Of a stretch of 64,000 nt of DNA, positions 1 to 11,481 are shown piece after piece; the first letter of the stretch is position 1, and each line of letters opens with the position of its first letter. This DNA comes from Escherichia coli. Its GTDB lineage: Bacteria > Pseudomonadota > Gammaproteobacteria > Enterobacterales > Enterobacteriaceae. The position numbers and the translations under genes are program-made. Where the stretch lies: the NCBI RefSeq assembly GCF_048403405.1, contig NZ_CP183129.1. One strand, 5' to 3'. The notes beneath the pieces were generated by a model. That model searched no databases. It was not told where the DNA came from and was given only the letters and a program-made list of their open reading frames with translations.

Positions 1-244
1 TGGAGCTTTTCGCCATGTGCTGATACAGCTGGCGATAGTCGTGCGCCATGGTATCCAGTAATTCCGCGCTGCGGGCAAAGTGGCTAACCAGCTCTTCGCG
101 ATACTCGTCCAGTTCAGCTTTATTCTTTTCCAGTTCGTACTGCAACGCCTGTTGCTGGCGTAGTTTACGATTACCAAAACGCATGGCCACAGCACCAATA
201 ATGATGCCGACGACTAACCCAATTAGCGCATATTCCCAGGTCAT
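1..244 (-). CDS. zapG: Partial cell-division protein ZapG (YhcB), N-terminal part; gene continues beyond window start
   Basis: Reverse-strand translation from ATG (rc of cat at 242-244) gives MTWEYALIGLVVGIIIGAVAMRFGNRKLRQQ..., matching YhcB/ZapG N-terminus; runs off the window edge. Confidence 0.85.
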   Translation of the reverse strand, partial: MTWEYALIGLVVGIIIGAVAMRFGNRKLRQQQALQYELEKNKAELDEYREELVSHFARSAELLDTMAHDYRQLYQHMAKSS

Positions 245-437
245 GAACATCTCCCGTTGTCTTTTGTTTCCGTAGGGTGTTGGCTTCAGGCTCCATGCCT
301 GCGGCTGATTATGCCACTATAACCGTTAATTCCACAGAAGTGGAATCCCGACTGCATATCGCGTAGTGTAGAACGGCCTTTTTTTCGTCAACCGTGAACA
401 ACGGCGCACCGATTATTCAAGGAATAACAATAAGATC

Positions 438-1565
438 ATGCAAAGCATTACCCCAACATCGCAATACCTGAAGGCGCTCAATGAAGGCAGCCATCAACCC
501 GACGACGTTCAAAAAGAGGCCGTCAGCCGCCTGGAAATTATTTATCAGGAACTCATCAATAGCACGCCTCCAGCCCCCAGGACGAGTGGGCTAATGGCGC
601 GGGTCGGTAAGCTGTGGGGTAAACGCGAAGACACAAAGCATACGCCAGTGCGTGGCTTATATATGTGGGGCGGTGTAGGACGCGGGAAAACCTGGCTGAT
701 GGACCTTTTCTATCAAAGCCTGCCGGGAGAGCGGAAACAGCGTCTGCACTTTCACCGTTTTATGCTGCGGGTGCACGAAGAGCTGACCGAATTACAAGGC
801 CAAAGCGATCCGCTGGAAATTATTGCCGATCGCTTTAAAGCAGAAACTGACGTGCTCTGTTTTGACGAATTTTTTGTTTCTGATATTACCGACGCCATGC
901 TACTTGGCGGCCTGATGAAAGCCCTGTTCGCTCGCGGAATAACGCTGGTAGCGACGTCAAATATTCCGCCGGACGAACTTTATCGAAATGGCCTGCAACG
1001 TGCGCGTTTTTTGCCTGCAATCGATGCTATTAAACAGCATTGTGATGTAATGAACGTGGACGCTGGTGTTGATTATCGACTGCGTACACTCACTCAGGCG
1101 CATCTGTGGCTTTCGCCCCTCAACGATGAAACCCGGGCGCAAATGGATAAACTATGGTTGGCGCTGGCGGGGGCGAAACGAGAAAATTCACCGACATTAG
1201 AAATCAACCATCGGCCATTGGCGACAATGGGCGTCGAGAACCAGACGCTGGCGGTCTCTTTTACTACGCTGTGCGTCGACGCCCGCAGTCAGCATGACTA
1301 TATTGCGCTCTCACGCCTCTTTCATACGGTCATGTTGTTTGATGTACCAGTTATGACGCGGTTGATGGAGAGCGAAGCGCGACGTTTTATTGCGCTGGTG
1401 GATGAGTTTTACGAGCGCCATGTCAAATTAGTGGTGAGTGCAGAAGTGTCGCTGTATGAAATTTATCAGGGTGAGCGGCTGAAGTTTGAGTTCCAGCGTT
1501 GCCTGTCACGTCTGCAAGAGATGCAAAGCGAAGAGTATCTGAAGCGCGAGCATTTAGCGGGTTAA
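438..1565 (+). CDS. zapE: Cell division AAA-ATPase ZapE (YhcM)
   Basis: 375-aa ORF with Walker A motif GGVGRGKT; recognised sequence and length of ZapE; synteny upstream of rplM. Confidence 0.93.
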   Translation: MQSITPTSQYLKALNEGSHQPDDVQKEAVSRLEIIYQELINSTPPAPRTSGLMARVGKLWGKREDTKHTPVRGLYMWGGVGRGKTWLMDLFYQSLPGERKQRLHFHRFMLRVHEELTELQGQSDPLEIIADRFKAETDVLCFDEFFVSDITDAMLLGGLMKALFARGITLVATSNIPPDELYRNGLQRARFLPAIDAIKQHCDVMNVDAGVDYRLRTLTQAHLWLSPLNDETRAQMDKLWLALAGAKRENSPTLEINHRPLATMGVENQTLAVSFTTLCVDARSQHDYIALSRLFHTVMLFDVPVMTRLMESEARRFIALVDEFYERHVKLVVSAEVSLYEIYQGERLKFEFQRCLSRLQEMQSEEYLKREHLAG

Positions 1566-1696
1566 AACCTGCCACAAATCACAAAAAGGGGTCGATCTTT
1601 GACCCCGACTTCTCTATAATCCTGCGACCCCACGTTACAAGAAAGTTTTTTTCCCAAAACTTTTTGTGTGCTGGCATAGGCTATTCGAAGGGGTAG

Positions 1697-2212
<516 letters not shown>

Positions 2213-2224
2213 TCGGGATTATAG

Positions 2225-2620
<396 letters not shown>

Positions 2621-2652
2621 TTGGCTTCTGCTCCGGCAGAAAACAATTTGCG

Positions 2653-2679
2653 AAAAAACCCGCTTCGGCGGGTTTTTTT
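2653..2679 (+). terminator. Rho-independent terminator of rplM-rpsI operon
   Basis: GC hairpin aaaaaacccgcttcggcgggttttttt followed by T-run directly after rpsI stop. Confidence 0.85.
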
Positions 2680-3014
2680 ATGGCTAAATTCTGAATCAGC
2701 GTAAAAAATGGAAAGTTGCTTTTTGCTGCCGTCTGACAGACAGGCAAAACAAAAACCACATCGCCAATAAGGGACTAAGTCAACTATTTCAGACTAAAGC
2801 GCATCTCTTTTTCCCCATTTCCGGCATCGACTCACCACAAAGGTCGCAAAATCTGGTAAACTATCATCCAATTTTCTGCCCAAATGTCGGGTATTGCTCA
2901 TTTTTTGTTTGATTTTCGAACAAAGAGAGTCGTTCCTTACTGGGTAACACAACTTCTGACTGGCCACCTGGTGGCTGGTAGCAGTAAAAATTCTGACTAT
3001 ACCTGGAGGTTTTC

Positions 3015-3653
3015 ATGGCTGTCGCTGCCAACAAACGTTCGGTAATGACGCTGTTTTCCGGTCCTACTGACATCTATAGCCATCAGGTCCGCATTGTGCT
3101 GGCTGAGAAAGGTGTAAGTTTCGAGATCGAACACGTGGAAAAGGACAATCCGCCTCAGGATCTGATTGACCTCAACCCGAATCAGAGCGTTCCGACCCTG
3201 GTGGATCGTGAGCTGACCCTGTGGGAATCTCGCATCATTATGGAATATCTGGATGAGCGTTTCCCGCATCCGCCACTGATGCCTGTTTACCCGGTAGCTC
3301 GCGGTGAAAGCCGTCTGTACATGCATCGCATCGAAAAAGACTGGTACACGCTGATGAACACCATCATCAACGGTTCAGCTTCTGAAGCAGATGCCGCACG
3401 TAAGCAACTGCGCGAAGAACTGCTGGCGATTGCGCCGGTCTTCGGTCAGAAGCCGTACTTCCTGAGCGATGAGTTCAGCCTGGTCGATTGCTACCTTGCT
3501 CCGCTGCTGTGGCGTCTGCCGCAACTGGGCATCGAGTTCAGCGGCCCGGGTGCGAAAGAGCTGAAAGGCTATATGACCCGCGTCTTTGAGCGTGACTCTT
3601 TCCTTGCTTCTTTAACTGAAGCAGAACGTGAAATGCGTCTGGGCCGGAGTTAA
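3015..3653 (+). CDS. sspA: Stringent starvation protein A (GST-fold RNA polymerase-associated protein)
   Basis: 212-aa ORF MAVAANKRSVMTLFSG...; recognised SspA sequence and length. Confidence 0.95.
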   Translation: MAVAANKRSVMTLFSGPTDIYSHQVRIVLAEKGVSFEIEHVEKDNPPQDLIDLNPNQSVPTLVDRELTLWESRIIMEYLDERFPHPPLMPVYPVARGESRLYMHRIEKDWYTLMNTIINGSASEADAARKQLREELLAIAPVFGQKPYFLSDEFSLVDCYLAPLLWRLPQLGIEFSGPGAKELKGYMTRVFERDSFLASLTEAEREMRLGRS

Positions 3654-3658
3654 TCTGT

Positions 3659-4156
3659 ATGGATTTGTCACAGCTAACACCACGTCGTCCCTATCTGCTG
3701 CGTGCATTCTATGAGTGGTTGCTGGATAACCAGCTCACGCCGCACCTGGTGGTGGATGTGACGCTCCCTGGCGTGCAGGTTCCTATGGAATATGCGCGTG
3801 ACGGGCAAATCGTACTCAACATTGCTCCGCGAGCTGTCGGCAATCTGGAACTGGCGAATGATGAGGTGCGCTTTAACGCGCGCTTTGGTGGCATTCCGCG
3901 TCAGGTTTCTGTGCCGCTGGCTGCCGTGCTGGCTATCTACGCCCGTGAAAATGGCGCAGGCACGATGTTTGAACCTGAAGCTGCCTACGATGAAGATGCC
4001 AGCATCATGAATGATGAAGAGGCATCGGCAGACAACGAAACCGTTATGTCGGTTATTGATGGCGACAAGCCAGATCACGATGATGACACTCATCCTGACG
4101 ATGAACCACCGCAGCCACCACGTGGTGGTCGACCAGCATTACGCGTTGTGAAGTAA
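3659..4156 (+). CDS. sspB: ClpXP specificity-enhancing adaptor SspB
   Basis: 165-aa ORF with acidic C-terminal tail ending GGRPALRVVK; 5 bp downstream of sspA. Confidence 0.95.
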   Translation: MDLSQLTPRRPYLLRAFYEWLLDNQLTPHLVVDVTLPGVQVPMEYARDGQIVLNIAPRAVGNLELANDEVRFNARFGGIPRQVSVPLAAVLAIYARENGAGTMFEPEAAYDEDASIMNDEEASADNETVMSVIDGDKPDHDDDTHPDDEPPQPPRGGRPALRVVK

Positions 4157-4160
4157 TACT

Positions 4161-4193
4161 AAAACAGGCCCTGGCGGCCTGTTTTGTCTTTTT
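4161..4193. terminator. Bidirectional terminator hairpin between convergent sspB and dcuD
   Basis: aaaacaggccctggcggcctgttttgtcttttt: GC stem flanked by A-run and T-run. Confidence 0.75.
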
Positions 4194-4199
4194 AATGAC

Positions 4200-5567
4200 T
4201 TAATAAAATAGCGTGATTGTGGCAATCATATTCACCACGAAACCGACTGCCATGGGGATCGCTGTCCGCTTCACTACCGCAAAAGGCGAAACGCCTGCAA
4301 TTCCTGACGTAACGACCACCACCGCAGTAATCGGCGAAACAGCGCGCGCTAGCGTCGTGGCAAAATGCATCGGCATAATCATTACAACCGCTGGCACATG
4401 TAGTCCGGCTGCGATATTCGGAATAAGACTGGCAAATGACATAAACGGCGCATTGCCTGAGCCCATCACAATGGCACAAATGGCAATGACCAGCGCCATA
4501 ATAATCATCACGCCAATACCGCCCAGACCAGAATGCTCCGCACCCCTGATAACCGCATCGACAGTGCCAATCGTCGTTAAGCCTTTCGCAAATATTTCAC
4601 CCGCGACCACCAGCGTTACCACGTTGGCAAACTGCGTACCCATGCCGTCAAAAAACGCCTGCACATCATCCATTGTTTCACGCAAGTTATGCTTGCGGAA
4701 GAACTCAACAAACATCGTCACCGTCAAACTCAGTAACATCACCACCACCAGATGCAGTTCTGACTGCATCAGCCCGACGTGGGCAAGGAACAGCGAGCCG
4801 AGCATCAGGATTAACGGCATCACCGGTAAAATGGCGTAATAGAGCGGTGGGACATTATCGAGAGCTTTTTGCTCTGCCTGTTCGTGATTGATATTTTTAT
4901 CTTTTTTGTCGAAAGCGCGTTGCACGAAAAAGTGGGAGATCGCCACCGAGATAATGACGCAAGAGGCGACCGGAAGCTGGTAGTGGAAGAAGTAAGTGGC
5001 AATTTTCATTCCTGCGACCTGGGCAGCAAAAATGGAGTTCGTTTCCAGAATCCCCCACTCAATGGACATCGTGGTTGCGATAACCGCCACCGCAGAGAGG
5101 CGACTTACTCCCAGACTCACCAGCGTCGGAAATAAGGTGACCATCAGCAACATACCCAGACCGGAGGCGCTGGTAATAAACTGCGCCATGATTTGGCCGA
5201 TGACGTAAGTTGCCGACAGAATAATATACGGCGAGCGAATGAGTTTTAACGGGCGGCTTAACAAGCTCACCATCGCGCGACTTGCCCCTATGCGCTCCAT
5301 ATAGCGGGCATAACCGCCCACTGCCATAATCGACAGCCCCAATCCGGCAATGCGGTTGGACAGCATGCGCAGGATTTCATTATAAATATCGACGATCAAG
5401 TAGCCGCTGCTTTTGGCGGGATCGAGCACACCACCGAACCCTAACCAGACACCGCACATCATCAGGAAGATACCTGCGACAGCCAGCACCACCTGAGGTT
5501 TGTAGTTTTTCAGGATCAAATAGCCCATCGTAATTAATACGATGACAGATATAATTATGCCGAACAT
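4200..5567 (-). CDS. dcuD: Putative anaerobic C4-dicarboxylate transporter DcuD (DcuC family)
   Basis: Multi-pass membrane protein; internal ATG at 5567 gives 455 aa starting [25 protein letters not shown]; ORF track start at 5585 is 6 codons longer. Confidence 0.9.
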   Translation of the reverse strand: MFGIIISVIVLITMGYLILKNYKPQVVLAVAGIFLMMCGVWLGFGGVLDPAKSSGYLIVDIYNEILRMLSNRIAGLGLSIMAVGGYARYMERIGASRAMVSLLSRPLKLIRSPYIILSATYVIGQIMAQFITSASGLGMLLMVTLFPTLVSLGVSRLSAVAVIATTMSIEWGILETNSIFAAQVAGMKIATYFFHYQLPVASCVIISVAISHFFVQRAFDKKDKNINHEQAEQKALDNVPPLYYAILPVMPLILMLGSLFLAHVGLMQSELHLVVVMLLSLTVTMFVEFFRKHNLRETMDDVQAFFDGMGTQFANVVTLVVAGEIFAKGLTTIGTVDAVIRGAEHSGLGGIGVMIIMALVIAICAIVMGSGNAPFMSFASLIPNIAAGLHVPAVVMIMPMHFATTLARAVSPITAVVVVTSGIAGVSPFAVVKRTAIPMAVGFVVNMIATITLFY

Positions 5568-5946
5568 TGTTGAACTCCGTGTCAAAAGAAAACGGTCAAT
5601 CCCATAAACGGCAGATTGAAAACAATGATGTTATATTTTTTGCAAGGCTATTTATGGTGCGGATGTCGTGTTTTTAATTGTAGGTGAGGTGATTTTTCAT
5701 TAAAAAATATGCGCTTATGATTATTTTGTAAGAACACATTCATAATATTCATAATGCTCGTGAATAGTCTTATAAATAATTCAATCGGGATGTTTTTATC
5801 TGCGTTACATTAATTTTTCACAATAGTTAATTATTCCGTTAATTATGGTAATGATGAGGCACAAAGAGAAAACCCTGCCATTTTCCCCTACTTTCAATCC
5901 TGTGATAGGATGTCACTGATGATGTTAATCACACTGACCTTACAGA

Positions 5947-6738
5947 ATGGGCCTTATGAACGCATTTGATTCGCAAACCGAAGATTCTTCACCTGCAATT
6001 GGTCGCAACTTGCGTAGCCGCCCGCTGGCGCGTAAAAAACTCTCCGAAATGGTGGAAGAAGAGCTGGAACAGATGATCCGCCGTCGTGAATTTGGCGAAG
6101 GTGAACAATTACCGTCTGAACGCGAACTGATGGCGTTCTTTAACGTCGGGCGTCCTTCGGTGCGTGAAGCGCTGGCAGCGTTAAAACGCAAAGGTCTGGT
6201 GCAAATAAACAACGGCGAACGCGCTCGCGTCTCACGTCCTTCTGCGGACACCATCATCGGCGAGCTTTCCGGCATGGCGAAAGATTTCCTTTCTCATCCT
6301 GGCGGGATTGCCCATTTCGAACAATTACGTCTGTTCTTTGAATCCAGCCTGGTGCGCTATGCGGCTGAACACGCCACCGATGAACAAATCGATTTGCTGG
6401 CAAAAGCACTGGAAATCAACAGTCAGTCGCTGGATAACAACGCGGCATTCATTCGCTCAGACGTTGATTTCCACCGCGTTCTGGCGGAGATCCCCGGTAA
6501 CCCAATCTTCATGGCGATCCACGTTGCCCTGCTCGACTGGCTGATCGCCGCACGTCCAACCGTGGCTGATCAGGCTCTGCACGAGCATAACAACGTTAGC
6601 TATCAACAGCATATTGCGATCGTTGACGCGATCCGCCGCCACGATCCCGATGAAGCCGATCGCGCGTTGCAATCGCATCTCAACAGCGTCTCTGCTACCT
6701 GGCACGCCTTCGGTCAGACCACCAACAAAAAGAAATAA
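5947..6738 (+). CDS. nanR: GntR/FadR-family repressor of sialic acid catabolism NanR
   Basis: 263-aa ORF with N-terminal winged HTH (GntR type) and FCD-like C-terminal domain; directly upstream of nanA. Confidence 0.93.
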   Translation: MGLMNAFDSQTEDSSPAIGRNLRSRPLARKKLSEMVEEELEQMIRRREFGEGEQLPSERELMAFFNVGRPSVREALAALKRKGLVQINNGERARVSRPSADTIIGELSGMAKDFLSHPGGIAHFEQLRLFFESSLVRYAAEHATDEQIDLLAKALEINSQSLDNNAAFIRSDVDFHRVLAEIPGNPIFMAIHVALLDWLIAARPTVADQALHEHNNVSYQQHIAIVDAIRRHDPDEADRALQSHLNSVSATWHAFGQTTNKKK

Positions 6739-6801
6739 TGCCACTTTAGTGAAGCAGATCGCATTATAAGCTTTCTGTATGGGGTGTTGCTTAATTGATC
6801 T

Positions 6802-6824
6802 GGTATAACAGGTATAAAGGTATA
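6802..6824 (+). promoter_or_regulatory. NanR operator: three direct GGTATA repeats in the nanA promoter
   Basis: GGTATAACAGGTATAAAGGTATA, with hexamers at 6802-6807, 6811-6816 and 6819-6824, about 40 bp upstream of nanA ATG; matches the described NanR operator architecture. Confidence 0.85.
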
Positions 6825-6859
6825 TCGTTTATCAGACAAGCATCACTTCAGAGGTATTT

Positions 6860-7753
6860 ATGGCAACGAATTTACGTGGCGTAATGGCCGCACTCCTGAC
6901 TCCTTTTGACCAACAACAAGCACTGGATAAAGCGAGTCTGCGCCGCCTGGTTCAGTTCAATATTCAGCAGGGCATCGACGGCTTATACGTGGGTGGTTCG
7001 ACCGGCGAAGCCTTTGTACAAAGCCTTTCCGAGCGTGAACAGGTACTGGAAATCGTCGCCGAAGAGGCGAAAGGCAAGATTAAACTTATCGCCCACGTCG
7101 GTTGCGTCAGCACCGCCGAAAGCCAACAACTTGCGGCATCGGCTAAACGTTATGGCTTCGATGCCGTCTCCGCCGTCACTCCGTTCTACTATCCTTTCAG
7201 CTTTGAAGAACACTGCGATCACTATCGGGCAATTATTGATTCGGCGGATGGTTTGCCGATGGTGGTGTACAACATTCCAGCCCTGAGTGGGGTAAAACTG
7301 ACCCTGGATCAGATCAACACACTTGTTACATTGCCTGGCGTAGGTGCGCTGAAACAGACCTCTGGCGATCTCTATCAGATGGAGCAGATCCGTCGTGAGC
7401 ATCCTGATCTGGTGCTCTATAACGGTTACGACGAAATCTTCGCCTCTGGTCTTCTGGCGGGCGCTGATGGTGGTATCGGTAGTACCTACAACATCATGGG
7501 CTGGCGTTATCAGGGCATTGTTAAGGCGCTGAAAGAAGGCGATATCCAGACCGCGCAGAAACTGCAAACTGAGTGCAATAAAGTCATTGATTTACTGATC
7601 AAAACGGGCGTATTCCGCGGCCTGAAAACGGTCCTGCATTATATGGATGTCGTTTCTGTGCCGCTGTGCCGCAAACCGTTTGGTCCGGTAGATGAAAAAT
7701 ATCTGCCAGAACTGAAGGCGCTGGCCCAGCAGTTGATGCAAGAGCGCGGGTGA
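6860..7753 (+). CDS. nanA: N-acetylneuraminate lyase
   Basis: 297-aa [23 protein letters not shown]...; DapA/NAL-family TIM-barrel lyase. Confidence 0.96.
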
Positions 7754-7861
7754 GTTTTTTCCCCTCGCTCGCCCCTACCGGGTGAGGGGAAATAAACGCA
7801 TCTGTACCCTACAATTTTCATACCAAAGCGTGTGGGCATCGCCCACCGCGGGAGACTCACA

Positions 7862-9352
7862 ATGAGTACTACAACCCAGAATATCCCGTGGTATCGCCAT
7901 CTCAACCGCGCACAATGGCGGGCATTTTCCGCTGCCTGGTTGGGATATCTGCTTGACGGTTTTGATTTCGTTTTAATCGCCCTGGTACTCACCGAAGTAC
8001 AAGGTGAATTCGGGCTGACGACGGTGCAGGCGGCAAGTCTGATCTCCGCAGCCTTTATCTCTCGCTGGTTCGGCGGCCTGATGCTCGGCGCTATGGGTGA
8101 CCGCTACGGGCGTCGTCTGGCAATGGTCACCAGCATCGTTCTCTTCTCGGCCGGGACGCTGGCCTGCGGCTTTGCGCCAGGCTACATCACCATGTTTATC
8201 GCTCGTCTGGTCATCGGCATGGGGATGGCGGGTGAATACGGTTCCAGCGCCACCTATGTCATTGAAAGCTGGCCAAAACATCTGCGTAATAAAGCCAGTG
8301 GTTTTCTGATTTCCGGCTTCTCTGTGGGGGCCGTCGTTGCCGCTCAGGTCTATAGCCTGGTGGTTCCGGTCTGGGGCTGGCGTGCGCTGTTCTTTATCGG
8401 CATTTTGCCAATCATCTTTGCTCTCTGGCTGCGTAAAAACATCCCGGAAGCGGAAGACTGGAAAGAGAAACATGCTGGTAAAGCACCAGTACGCACGATG
8501 GTAGATATTCTCTACCGTGGTGAACATCGCATTGCCAATATCGTAATGACACTGGCGGCGGCTACTGCGCTGTGGTTTTGCTTCGCCGGTAACCTGCAAA
8601 ATGCCGCGATCGTCGCTGTTCTTGGGCTGTTATGCGCCGCAATCTTTATCAGCTTTATGGTGCAAAGTACGGGCAAACGCTGGCCAACGGGCGTAATGCT
8701 GATGGTGGTCGTGTTGTTTGCTTTCCTCTACTCATGGCCGATTCAGGCGCTGCTGCCAACGTATCTGAAAACCGATCTGGCTTATAACCCGCATACTGTC
8801 GCCAATGTGCTGTTCTTTAGTGGCTTTGGCGCGGCGGTGGGATACTGCGTAGGTGGCTTCCTCGGTGACTGGCTGGGAACCCGCAAAGCGTACGTTTGTA
8901 GCCTGCTGGCCTCGCAGCTGCTGATTATTCCGGTATTTGCGATTGGCGGCGCAAACGTCTGGGTGCTCGGTCTGTTACTGTTCTTCCAGCAAATGCTTGG
9001 ACAAGGGATCGCCGGGATCTTACCGAAACTGATTGGCGGTTATTTCGATACCGACCAGCGTGCAGCGGGCCTGGGCTTTACCTACAACGTCGGCGCATTG
9101 GGCGGTGCACTGGCCCCAATCATCGGCGCGTTGATCGCTCAACGTCTGGATCTGGGTACTGCGCTGGCATCGCTCTCGTTCAGTCTGACATTTGTGGTGA
9201 TCCTGCTGATTGGTCTGGATATGCCTTCCCGCGTTCAGCGTTGGCTGCGCCCGGAAGCATTGCGTACTCATGACGCTATCGACGGCAAACCATTTAGCGG
9301 TGCCGTGCCATTTGGCCGCGCCAAAAACGATTTAGTCAAAACCAAAAGTTAA
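7862..9352 (+). CDS. nanT: Sialic acid:H+ symporter (MFS)
   Basis: Internal ATG at 7862 gives 496 aa [19 protein letters not shown]...; multiple TM segments; ORF track start 7832 is an upstream extension. Confidence 0.94.
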
Positions 9353-9399
9353 TCCTGTTGCCCGGTCTCTATACCGGGCCTTTCGCTAAGGGAAGATGT

Positions 9400-10085
9400 A
9401 TGTCGTTACTTGCACAACTGGATCAAAAAATCGCTGCTAACGGTGGCCTGATTGTCTCCTGCCAGCCGGTTCCGGACAGCCCGCTCGATAAACCCGAAAT
9501 CGTCGCCGCCATGGCATTAGCGGCAGAACAGGCGGGCGCGGTTGCCATTCGCATTGAAGGTGTGGCAAATCTGCAAGCCACGCGTGCGGTGGTGAGCGTG
9601 CCAATTATCGGGATTGTGAAACGCGATCTGGAGGATTCTCCGGTACGCATCACGGCCTATATTGAAGATGTTGATGCGCTGGCGCAGGCGGGCGCGGACA
9701 TTATCGCCATTGACGGCACCGACCGCCCGCGTCCGGTGCCTGTTGAAACGTTGCTGGCACGTATTCACCATCACGGTTTACTGGCGATGACCGACTGCTC
9801 AACGCCGGAAGACGGCCTGGCATGCCAAAAGCTGGGAGCCGAAATTATTGGCACTACGCTTTCTGGCTATACCACGCCTGAAACGCCAGAAGAGCCGGAT
9901 CTGGCGCTGGTGAAAACGTTGAGCGACGCCGGATGTCGGGTGATTGCCGAAGGGCGTTACAACACGCCTGCTCAGGCGGCAGATGCGATGCGCCACGGCG
10001 CGTGGGCGGTGACGGTCGGTTCTGCCATTACGCGTCTTGAACACATTTGTCAGTGGTACAACACAGCGATGAAAAAGGCGGTGCT

Positions 10086-10089
<4 letters not shown>
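9400..10089 (+). CDS. nanE: N-acetylmannosamine-6-phosphate 2-epimerase
   Basis: Internal ATG at 9400 gives 229 aa [22 protein letters not shown]...; follows nanT. Confidence 0.94.
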
Positions 10090-11422
<1,333 letters not shown>

Positions 11423-11441
11423 AACTTAGTTCGTTTTAAAG

Positions 11442-11466
11442 ATTCTGCAGACACTGTCTGCAGAAT
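11442..11466. repeat. Perfect 25-bp palindrome centred between the convergent nanQ and yhcG stop codons
   Basis: ATTCTGCAGACA-C-TGTCTGCAGAAT; same core (CAGACA-N-TGTCTG with AATTC-type arms) as the three palindromes inside yhcG. Confidence 0.8.
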
Positions 11467-11481
11467 TCGAAACCGCTGAAA

